A DNA stretch of 24,000 bases, taken from Pseudomonadota bacterium. GTDB lineage: Bacteria; Desulfobacterota; Desulfovibrionia; Desulfovibrionales; Desulfomicrobiaceae. The DNA is taken from positions 8,509-32,508 of the forward strand of contig JAEWKZ010000013.1 of assembly GCA_023393525.1 (NCBI GenBank), written 5' to 3'. This document shows, in pieces, positions 15,575-23,324 of this stretch. Positions within the stretch are counted from its first letter, which is position 1; every line of letters begins with the position of its first letter. The position numbers and the translations under genes were made by a program. The notes beneath the pieces are model-generated. The model was given only the letters and a program-made list of their open reading frames with translations. It was not told where the DNA came from and did not search any database.

Positions 15575-16362
15575 AGAACATACTGGCAATCCCCGCGCTG
15601 CTCGGGGCCACATCACTTGGAATCATCAGAAACGCCGGACAATGGGGCGTCTTCTCGCTGACCGCGCTGCTGGGAATGGTCCACGCGCGGCGTCTTGTTC
15701 CAAAAATTCTCCACGACATCCATTTCATCGGCTTCAAGTCGCTGAACATCATCATGCTCGTGGCCTTCTTCACGGGCATGGTCCTGGGGCTCCAGGGCTA
15801 CTACACGCTGATCAAATTCAGCGCCGAGGGCATGCTCGGGGTGGCCGTGGCCCTGTCCCTGGTGCGCGAACTCGGGCCGGTGCTGACCGCGATCATGCTC
15901 ATCGGCCGGGCCGGATCGAGCATCAGCGCCGAGATCGGGATCATGCGCATCTCGGAACAGATCGACGCGCTCTCGACCATGGACGTGGACCCGGTCCGCT
16001 ACCTGGTCACGCCCAAGATCATCGCGTCGCTGATCTGCTTTCCGCTGCTGACGGCCATTTTCGACTGCGTCGGCATCCTTGGCGGATACTTTTCCTCCGT
16101 GCTGCTCAGTTCCCGTTCGGGAATCTTCTTCAGCAAGATCCAGTCGAGCCTGCTTTTGTCCGACGTGACCGGAGGGTTCATAAAGTCGTTCGTCTTTGCC
16201 TTCATCGTCATTACCATATCCTGCTACTGCGGTTACTATACGCACCAGAACCAATCCAGCGCCGGCGCGGAAGGCGTCAGCAACTCCACGACATCCGCCG
16301 TTGTCCAGTCATGCGTTTACGTACTGATCGCCGACTACGTCATAACGTCCTTCTTGATGTGA
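15571..16362 (+). CDS. mlaE: MlaE-type ABC transporter permease
   Basis: Typical MlaE/YrbE sequence is present: RELGPVLTAIMLIGRAGSSISAEIGIMRISEQIDAL. The start ATG 15571 overlaps the HAD stop (ATGA). Confidence 0.85.
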   Translation: MKNILAIPALLGATSLGIIRNAGQWGVFSLTALLGMVHARRLVPKILHDIHFIGFKSLNIIMLVAFFTGMVLGLQGYYTLIKFSAEGMLGVAVALSLVRELGPVLTAIMLIGRAGSSISAEIGIMRISEQIDALSTMDVDPVRYLVTPKIIASLICFPLLTAIFDCVGILGGYFSSVLLSSRSGIFFSKIQSSLLLSDVTGGFIKSFVFAFIVITISCYCGYYTHQNQSSAGAEGVSNSTTSAVVQSCVYVLIADYVITSFLM

Positions 16363-16366
16363 GCAC

Positions 16367-17554
16367 ATGAGCAGCACGACACCACTCATTCAACTCCGCA
16401 ATATTTCCAAGGCGTTCGGCGGCCGGGAAATACTGCGTGACGCCACTCTTGACATACGGCGCAACGAGATCACCGCCATCATCGGAAAAAGCGGGGGGGG
16501 CAAGAGCGTCCTGGTCAAGCACATCATCGGGCTGATCACCGCGGACAGCGGAGAGATCATTTTCGACGGAATCCCCTATTCGACCATGAAGCGAAAGGAT
16601 TTTTCGGCGATCAAGAATCGTTGCAGCTACATGTTCCAGAACAACGCCCTGTTCGACTCCATGACCGTGTTCGAGAACATCGCCCTGCCCCTGCGCGAAA
16701 AATTCAAATTCCCCAAAAAGGACATTGAGGACAAGGTCCGCGCGCGCATCGAACAGCTCGAACTGACCGAAGTGGCGCAGATGTATCCCAAGCAGATTTC
16801 GGGCGGCATGCAGAAACGCGTGGCCCTGGCGCGGGCGCTGGTCACGGAGCCGGAAATCATCTTCTTCGACGAACCGACCACCGGACTCGACCCCATCCGC
16901 AAGAAGACCGTGTTCTCCATGATCCACCGCTACCACGAGAAGCTCAATTTCACCGCGGTCATCATCACCCACGACATTCCGGACATCTTCTACATCGCCC
17001 ACGCGGTGAACATTCTGGATGAAGGCCGGATAATCTTCTCCGGTTCGCCGGTGGCTCTGGAACAATCCTCCGATCCAGGCCTCTACACCTACACCCATGG
17101 CCACGAAATGCTCATCGACGAACTGACCGGCCTGCACAACAGGCTCTCGCTGGTGCGCAAAATCGAGGCCTCCGGCTCCCATCGGGAAGGCCGCCTCGTC
17201 CTGGCCACGGTCAGGCTGGTGGGCATGCGCACGGTGATGGACTACAAGGGCGAACTTCTGGCCCACGCCTTCATCAGGAACCTGGCCAAATTCGTGCATT
17301 CGTTTTTACCGCCACAGGCCTGCGCGGGAATGTTTTCCAAGGAGATCCTGGTCCTGGCGGCCAGGACCGGGGAGGAATCGACCCTCGAACTGTTCCTGGA
17401 GCGGCTCGCAAACTATTTCACCAATCTGGCCATCGAAACGTATTGCCACAAACACAGACTTCAGGTCGAAATCGGCGGCGCGGTCGTCTCCGACGAATCA
17501 AACGCCTACACGGCCATTCAGGAAGCACTCGCAACATCCAAGAAGTACGTATGA
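16367..17554 (+). CDS. mlaF: MlaF-type ABC ATPase with a roughly 150-aa C-terminal degenerate GGDEF-like domain
   Basis: The ATPase has Walker A GKSGGGKS, a Q-loop, the signature ISGGMQKR, Walker B IIFFDEPTTGLD and the H-loop ITHD. From residue 251 the sequence reads DELTGLHNR (the canonical GGDEF-domain opening), and FSKEI occupies the position where GG[DE]EF is expected. Confidence 0.85.
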   Translation: MSSTTPLIQLRNISKAFGGREILRDATLDIRRNEITAIIGKSGGGKSVLVKHIIGLITADSGEIIFDGIPYSTMKRKDFSAIKNRCSYMFQNNALFDSMTVFENIALPLREKFKFPKKDIEDKVRARIEQLELTEVAQMYPKQISGGMQKRVALARALVTEPEIIFFDEPTTGLDPIRKKTVFSMIHRYHEKLNFTAVIITHDIPDIFYIAHAVNILDEGRIIFSGSPVALEQSSDPGLYTYTHGHEMLIDELTGLHNRLSLVRKIEASGSHREGRLVLATVRLVGMRTVMDYKGELLAHAFIRNLAKFVHSFLPPQACAGMFSKEILVLAARTGEESTLELFLERLANYFTNLAIETYCHKHRLQVEIGGAVVSDESNAYTAIQEALATSKKYV

Positions 17555-18009
17555 AGACCAACAATTCCTCACTCCATCTGTCCATCGGCCTCTTTGTCAT
17601 CCTGGGCATGGCCTGCACCGCCTACCTGGCCATGACCCTTGCGAACACGACCTTTTTTTCCGGAAACGCCTATGAGATAACCGCCAAGTTCACGGCGGTG
17701 AACGGGCTCCGGGCCGGCAGCAACGTGGAGATCTCGGGAGTGGCCGTGGGCAAGGTCGCAAGCATCACCCTGGATCAGACCCTCTACCAGGCCGTCATCA
17801 CCATGAACATCGAGAACTCCGTGGGCATTCCTGTGGATTCCACGGCGGCGATCAAGACCAGCGGGCTCATCGGCGACAAATACGTTAGCATCATTCCGGG
17901 CGCCGACGACGTGATGCTGAAGGACAAGGAAGTGCTCATGGACACCCAGGCGGCGCTTGATATCGAAGAAATGATTTCCAAATACGTATTCGGAAGCGTG
18001 GACAAATGA
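17551..18009 (+). CDS. mlaD: MlaD (MCE-domain) periplasmic substrate-binding component
   Basis: It has an N-terminal TM anchor and the MCE core FTAVNGLRAGSNVEISGVAVGKV...TSGLIGDKYVSI. There are ATGA overlaps at both ends. Confidence 0.85.
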   Translation: MKTNNSSLHLSIGLFVILGMACTAYLAMTLANTTFFSGNAYEITAKFTAVNGLRAGSNVEISGVAVGKVASITLDQTLYQAVITMNIENSVGIPVDSTAAIKTSGLIGDKYVSIIPGADDVMLKDKEVLMDTQAALDIEEMISKYVFGSVDK

Positions 18010-18587
18010 GAATTCTTTTTTTTCTGCTGATCATGCTCCTGCCGGCCCCGACCCTGGCGCAGGACAACCCGACAAGTTACATCCGCGCCAACGTCGACGC
18101 GGTGGTGGCGATCCTGACTTCGCCGGAATACGAATCTGAAACCAACAAGACCGAACAGCTGCGGCAGATCGAAGCGGTGGTCGACAATTTTTTCGACTCC
18201 GAGGAACTCTCCAAGCGTTCGCTTGGGCAATATTGGCGGATCTTCACCGACGAGCAGAAAGCGGAGTTCCAGCCCCTGTTCCTGAAGCTCATCAAGCAGG
18301 TCTACCTCAAGAAATCCATCTCCTACAACGGGGAGGTGGTGAACTACAACCAGGAGCTCATCAAGTCGGACACCCTGGCCGAGGTGCACACGACCCTGAC
18401 CTCGCCCGACCTGAACATGCCGATCATCTACTACATGATCAGAAAGGACGCGTCCTGGAAGGTTTACGACGTTTCGGTGGAAAACGTGAGCCTGGTCAAG
18501 AACTACCGCTCCCAGTTCCGCAGCATCCTGCAAAACAAGTCTCCGGAAGACCTCATCGCCACCCTGAAGGAAAAAACCAATGAATAA
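18006..18587 (+). CDS. mlaC: MlaC/Ttg2D periplasmic lipid-binding protein
   Basis: It has a signal peptide and the family motifs LGQYW, WKVYDVSVENVSLVKNYRSQF. Confidence 0.8.
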   Translation: MRILFFLLIMLLPAPTLAQDNPTSYIRANVDAVVAILTSPEYESETNKTEQLRQIEAVVDNFFDSEELSKRSLGQYWRIFTDEQKAEFQPLFLKLIKQVYLKKSISYNGEVVNYNQELIKSDTLAEVHTTLTSPDLNMPIIYYMIRKDASWKVYDVSVENVSLVKNYRSQFRSILQNKSPEDLIATLKEKTNE

Positions 18588-19326
18588 GCACCTGCTCTGC
18601 CTGATCCTCGGTATCTTCCTGCTGCACGGATGCGCGGCCAAGAAAACCTCTCCGGAGTTGGACCAGCCCCCGGCGGCGGATCAGGAATACGAGGAGATGT
18701 ACGACGAGACCGATGAAAACGGCGCCTACCCCGACTCCATCGAAGGCTTCAACCGGGGCGTGTTCGCCTTCAACGACGGCTTCATCACCTACGTCTTCTC
18801 CCCCATCGACACGGTCTACACCGGGTTTTTTCCTCCCGACATCCGCGCCGGATTCGGCAACTTCTATCGCAATCTCGGCTATCCGGTGCGCCTCATAAAC
18901 GCGCTCCTGCAGTTCAAGTTCGACAAGATGGCCAAGGAGACCGCGTCCTTCGCCCTGAACACGGTCTTCGGCGTGGGTGGCCTGTTCAACGTGACGCGCA
19001 ACATGCCGAGCCTGCAAACGTCGCCGGAAGACTTCAGCCAGACCCTGGCCTTTTACGGGCTGGGTTCGGGCACCTATCTGGTGCTGCCCATCCTCGGGCC
19101 GACGACCTTGCGCGACGCCGCAGGCTCCGTGGCGGACTCCTTCGCCCATCCCTTGTCGCTGGTCACGCCCGACAGCGCCAAATACGCATTGATCGGGCAC
19201 GACAAGGCGAACGCGGCCTCGGCCAACCTGCCGACCTACAAAAGCATCAAGGAAGAATCCTTCGATCACTACACAAGCATGAAGGACGTTTACTTCCAAT
19301 ACAGAATCGGACTTGAGAAGGAATAA
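18580..19326 (+). CDS. mlaA: MlaA/VacJ outer-membrane lipoprotein
   Basis: The lipobox is LLHGC. The VacJ core reads EGFNRGVFAFND...GNFYRNLGYPVRLINALLQ...NTVFGVGGLFNV. It overlaps mlaC by 8 nt. Confidence 0.85.
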   Translation: MNKHLLCLILGIFLLHGCAAKKTSPELDQPPAADQEYEEMYDETDENGAYPDSIEGFNRGVFAFNDGFITYVFSPIDTVYTGFFPPDIRAGFGNFYRNLGYPVRLINALLQFKFDKMAKETASFALNTVFGVGGLFNVTRNMPSLQTSPEDFSQTLAFYGLGSGTYLVLPILGPTTLRDAAGSVADSFAHPLSLVTPDSAKYALIGHDKANAASANLPTYKSIKEESFDHYTSMKDVYFQYRIGLEKE

Positions 19327-19446
19327 ACGCGGGCCAAATGCGACGACGAGGTTACGCGACATGCGTGACCTTGACTTTCCCGGTTCCGGAATATCTTTTG
19401 AGGAATGCCCGATAGACCAAAATCCCGAGAGGAACCCGGAGGAAAC

Positions 19447-19686
19447 ATGTCCGACAAGAAAAAAATCATCGAAGTCGAAGAGACCCGCCTGGCCTATATG
19501 GCCGGGATGCTGCTCAAGGAAGTCGCGGAAGGCCTTTCCCGCCGCCAGTTCGAATTCAAGACCGAGGACGGCCCCGTGACGGTGACCGTGCCCAAGGATG
19601 TGGAACTGGAATACAGCGTGGAGCAAAAGGAAAAGGAAGACGGCACCAGGACCAAGCTCGAAATCGAGATCTCCTGGAAATCCTGA
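19447..19686 (+). CDS. Small acidic protein, amphi-Trp-domain-like (79 aa)
   Basis: A GGAGGA RBS lies 4-5 nt upstream of ATG 19447, and coding bias is good. The pattern ...VTVTVPKDVELEYSVEQKEKEDGTRTKLEIEISW resembles my recollection of the amphi-Trp family, so the family name is tentative. Confidence 0.55.
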   Translation: MSDKKKIIEVEETRLAYMAGMLLKEVAEGLSRRQFEFKTEDGPVTVTVPKDVELEYSVEQKEKEDGTRTKLEIEISWKS

Positions 19687-19725
19687 CCCGCATCCGAAGC
19701 ATCGGACACCCTGCTATGACTAACG

Positions 19726-19757
19726 AAAAAACCCTCGCCCGCACGGCGAGGGTTTTT
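19726..19757. terminator. Bidirectional rho-independent terminator between convergent genes
   Basis: CCCTCGCC (19732-19739) pairs with GGCGAGGG (19745-19752). A6 lies on the left flank and T5 on the right, so the structure can terminate either strand. Confidence 0.7.
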
Positions 19758-19854
19758 CGCTTTCCGCCAAAATTCTCCCGGATCGCGAAATTCACGGGCA
19801 CGCAAATCCTCGCCCCTCCCTGCGCCCGAAGCCATTCATGAAGTCACACCCGCG

Positions 19855-21660
19855 TCAGCCCGGCGCGTTGGAGGAGGCCCCCTCCTTGACCGCTTCCCGT
19901 TCGCCCATGGGAATTTCGAAGGTCTGCGTCGGCGGGTTGATCTTTTCTATGATCTTGGCGTGGTACACTTCCTCCTGCAACCCTTTGTACAGGCTGTGGC
20001 ACATGATGAGCAGGACTACGGCAAAGGGCAGGCCCGTGGCGATGGACGCGCTCTGCAGCGCGACCAGTCCGCCGCCCATGAGCAGCGCGGCGGCGCACAC
20101 CCCTTCCATGACGGCCCAGAAAATGCGCTGCGGAACGGGGGAATCGAGTTTTCCGCCGGAGGTGAGATGGTCCACCACCAGGGAGCCCGAATCCGAGGAG
20201 GTCACGAAGAACACGACCACAAGGGTTATGCCGATCACGGAGGTGATTTGCGACAAGGGAAAGTGCTCGAGCATGACGAAAAGCGCCGTGGAGACATCCT
20301 TGCGCACCGCGTCCGCGATGTCGACCCCGCCGGCGATCTGGAGCCACAGCGCCGAACCGCCGAAAGAGGACATCCACAGAAAGGAGAGAATCGTGGGGAA
20401 GATCATCACGCCGAGAATGAATTCCCGCACGGTCCGCCCCTTGGAAATCCTGGCGATGAACATGCCTACGAAAGGCGACCAGGAAATCCACCAGCCCCAG
20501 TAGAATATGGTCCAGGGATTTTGCCAGTTGCTGCCTTCCGCGCCGTAATATGTTTCGACCCAGAAGCTCAGTTGCGGCAGATTCTGGATGTAGAAGCCGA
20601 TGTTCTGGGTGAAGGCCTTGAAGATGTACACCGTCGGGCCGACCACGAGCAGAAAGACCATGAAGGCCCCGGCCAGATAGATGTTGCCCTGGCTCAGCAT
20701 CTTGACCCCCTTGTCGAGCCCGGCGGTCACGGAGAGCACGGCCAGAAAAGTGATGGCCGCGATGAGGACCACGGCCACAAGCTCGGTGTTGGGGGTCCCG
20801 AAGAGATGGGCCAGGCCCGATGCGACCTGCTTCACGCCCAGGCCCAGCGATGTCGCCAGGCCGAAAAGGGTCGCCAGCACGGAAAGAATATCGATGAGGT
20901 TGCCCCAGAATCCGTATATTTTCTCACCGAGCAGGGGGTAGAAAATGGACCTGATGGTCAGCGGCAGTCCCCGGTTGTAGGCGAAAAAAGCCAGGGAAAG
21001 CCCGACCAGGGCGTAGATGGCCCAGGGGTGGATTCCCCAGTGGTAATACGTGAGCCCCAGCGCCACTTGCGCCGATTGCGCCGAGCTTGGGGGCACGTCG
21101 AACATGGGCGAGGGCGTCATGAAATGGAAGATCGGCTCGCCCACGCTCCAGAACATGAGGCCGATGCCCATGCCCGCGCTGATGAGCATGGCGTACCAGC
21201 TGAACGTGGAGAACTCCGGCAGGGCGTCGGGACCGCCGATCCTGATTTTTCCGTACTCGCTGGAGGCGATGAGAATCATGACGACCACGAAAAAATTGGC
21301 CGCAAGAATGTAGAACCATCCGAACGTGTTGCCGATTCCATCCAGCAGGCTTTGGAAGAACTCCGCCGACTGCTCCCTGAACAAAAGTGTCAGGGCGATG
21401 AACAGAAAAAGAAGCGTTCCGGCTCCGAAAAAGACATGCGGATGTATGTCGAAGCCATATCCGACCATATTGTCCTCTCCGGGAACATGGCCACGCGAAT
21501 CGTCGTAAAAGCTTTTTGTGGGAACGATTTGCAGACCGCGAAAGGTGCGGCGTTCATGGATGGCCTTGCGCTTCTGCTTTTCGTAATGTTTTTTGGCCAC
21601 CTCGATGGCCTTGCGCTCGTAGGTTGGTTCGCGCCTCTTTTTCTTCTTGCTCTTGTCCAT
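19855..21660 (-). CDS. BCCT-family (betaine/carnitine/choline) transporter
   Basis: The BCCT signature is WTIFYWGWWISWSPFVGMFIARISKGRTVREF, with multiple TM segments. ATG 21660 has a GAGAGG RBS. The alternative start ATG 21468 (MVGYGFDIHP) also has a GGAGAGG RBS. Confidence 0.85.
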   Translation of the reverse strand: MDKSKKKKRREPTYERKAIEVAKKHYEKQKRKAIHERRTFRGLQIVPTKSFYDDSRGHVPGEDNMVGYGFDIHPHVFFGAGTLLFLFIALTLLFREQSAEFFQSLLDGIGNTFGWFYILAANFFVVVMILIASSEYGKIRIGGPDALPEFSTFSWYAMLISAGMGIGLMFWSVGEPIFHFMTPSPMFDVPPSSAQSAQVALGLTYYHWGIHPWAIYALVGLSLAFFAYNRGLPLTIRSIFYPLLGEKIYGFWGNLIDILSVLATLFGLATSLGLGVKQVASGLAHLFGTPNTELVAVVLIAAITFLAVLSVTAGLDKGVKMLSQGNIYLAGAFMVFLLVVGPTVYIFKAFTQNIGFYIQNLPQLSFWVETYYGAEGSNWQNPWTIFYWGWWISWSPFVGMFIARISKGRTVREFILGVMIFPTILSFLWMSSFGGSALWLQIAGGVDIADAVRKDVSTALFVMLEHFPLSQITSVIGITLVVVFFVTSSDSGSLVVDHLTSGGKLDSPVPQRIFWAVMEGVCAAALLMGGGLVALQSASIATGLPFAVVLLIMCHSLYKGLQEEVYHAKIIEKINPPTQTFEIPMGEREAVKEGASSNAPG

Positions 21661-21823
21661 GTCAACCTCTCAGGTACGAAATGGTGTCGGTCGAAAAACG
21701 CAGCTCCTAATCGCCCATGCAGTCGGACAGGGGCTGTTTTTGGCGCGAGCGGCGACTTTCACTGAAAATGCGAACCGAATGTACACGGATTCCAAGGCTT
21801 TCGCCACCAAAAAACACGGCAAA

Positions 21824-23176
21824 TCACCTGAACATGTATTTCATGGCATAGCCGAATGACGGATAGGCCCAGAGCATGGAGCGCAGTTCGTCCACGTCGA
21901 TGGCGGCGCGCATGGCCAAAGCGAAAAGATTGATCATCTCCTCCGCCCTGTCGCCCAGCACGTGAGCCCCCAAAAGCTGGCGCGTGTCTTTTTCGACCAG
22001 CAGCTTGAATCCCGCGCAGCGCTGCCCGATCCGCTCGTACTCGGACCATCCGGCGGCGTTTCCGTCAATGACGTCAAACCGCAATCCCTGATCGCGGGCG
22101 TCCTCTTCGAGCAGGCCCACGGCGGCCAGGGGCGGATAGGTGAACAGGGCGTAGGGCGTTACGCCCGGGCTCGCGGCGTGCCGGACGCCGTCGATGATGT
22201 TCTTGGCCACGACCTCGGCCTCCACGCTGGCCACTGGAGTCAGGGGCATGGTTGAGGCGATGACGTCTCCGGCGGCGAACACGGCCGGATTGGAAACGCT
22301 TTGCAGAAACGGGTTGACCGCCACCCCGCCATTGGCCGTTTCGACACCGCCAGCGGGCAGGTCAAGGTCATGCAGGGCCGGGACGCGTCCGGTGGCGTTG
22401 AAGATCATGTCGGCCTCGAAACGCAGGGCGCCGTCCTTGCCGGCCCTGAGCACCAGGCAGTCCCCCTCCCGGCTGACCGAATGCGGAGGACAGTCCGTGC
22501 GCAGCTTCACGCCCGTCGCTTCGAGATGCCCGGCCAGGCGACCGACCAGATCCGCGTCGAATTTCTTGAGACAGCGGCTGCCCCGGTGCGCCACGACCAC
22601 CTCGGCGCCGGCCGCTGCGGCGATATGGGCCAGCTCGAAGGCGATGAAACCGCCGCCGATGAACGCGACGCGCTCGGGCAGAGCCGGCATGTCCAGAAAA
22701 TCGTCGCTGGTGGAGAGCAATTCGCTGCCGGGGATTACGAGCGCTCTGGGCGCAGCACCGGTGGCGATGCAGATGCGCCCGGCTTCGAGAAGCGTTTGGC
22801 CGCACACGATGGTGCGCGGTCCGGCGAAACGCCCGACCTGAGAGTAGGTGTGAATGCCCAGGCCATCATAATGCGCCCGGATGCGGTCCGGCAGGCCGTC
22901 CGTGAACGTGCGCTTGAAAGCCATGAGCCCGGCCCAGTCGAGGCGGCCACTCCCCTCCGGACCGGAACCCAGGGCGTTGTTGAACCGCTCCACCGTCTCG
23001 CAGGCATCGGCCAGCACCTTTTTCGGCTCGCAACCGCGCAGGGGACATGTTCCCCCGAATCCACGGCCTTCCACCATGGCGACCCGCAGGCCCGCCTTGC
23101 GGCAGCGCGAAGCGATGTGTCCTCCGGCCACTCCGGCGCCCAGTACGACAACGTCGAATTTTTCCGTTTTCACCAT
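21824..23176 (-). CDS. Class-I pyridine nucleotide-disulfide oxidoreductase (glutathione reductase / lipoamide dehydrogenase / MerA-like fold)
   Basis: FAD binding is indicated by DVVVLGAGVAGG, the redox disulfide by GGTCPLRGCEPKK and NAD(P) binding by VAFIGGGFIAFE; ATGR and AAGDV are also present. I place the start at ATG 23176 (AAGGAG upstream) rather than 23212. Confidence 0.85.
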   Translation of the reverse strand: MVKTEKFDVVVLGAGVAGGHIASRCRKAGLRVAMVEGRGFGGTCPLRGCEPKKVLADACETVERFNNALGSGPEGSGRLDWAGLMAFKRTFTDGLPDRIRAHYDGLGIHTYSQVGRFAGPRTIVCGQTLLEAGRICIATGAAPRALVIPGSELLSTSDDFLDMPALPERVAFIGGGFIAFELAHIAAAAGAEVVVAHRGSRCLKKFDADLVGRLAGHLEATGVKLRTDCPPHSVSREGDCLVLRAGKDGALRFEADMIFNATGRVPALHDLDLPAGGVETANGGVAVNPFLQSVSNPAVFAAGDVIASTMPLTPVASVEAEVVAKNIIDGVRHAASPGVTPYALFTYPPLAAVGLLEEDARDQGLRFDVIDGNAAGWSEYERIGQRCAGFKLLVEKDTRQLLGAHVLGDRAEEMINLFALAMRAAIDVDELRSMLWAYPSFGYAMKYMFR

Positions 23177-23280
23177 GAAACTCCTTGAATTTGCATTCCT
23201 GACAGCAACCAAGGGCCGGCCTCGAAACCCCGTGTCCGAACCCGGTTAGCGGATAATCCACCGAATTTCCAATGCGGGGG

Positions 23281-23314
23281 AAATAAAGCGCCGCCGAAGG
23301 CATGACGGCGTCGC
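23281..23314 (-). terminator. Rho-independent terminator downstream of the metallopeptidase gene
   Basis: On the minus strand, GCGACGCCG/CGGCGGCGC forms a 9-bp stem with one mismatch, followed by TTTATTT. Confidence 0.5.
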
Positions 23315-23324
23315 GGAGCTTTCT

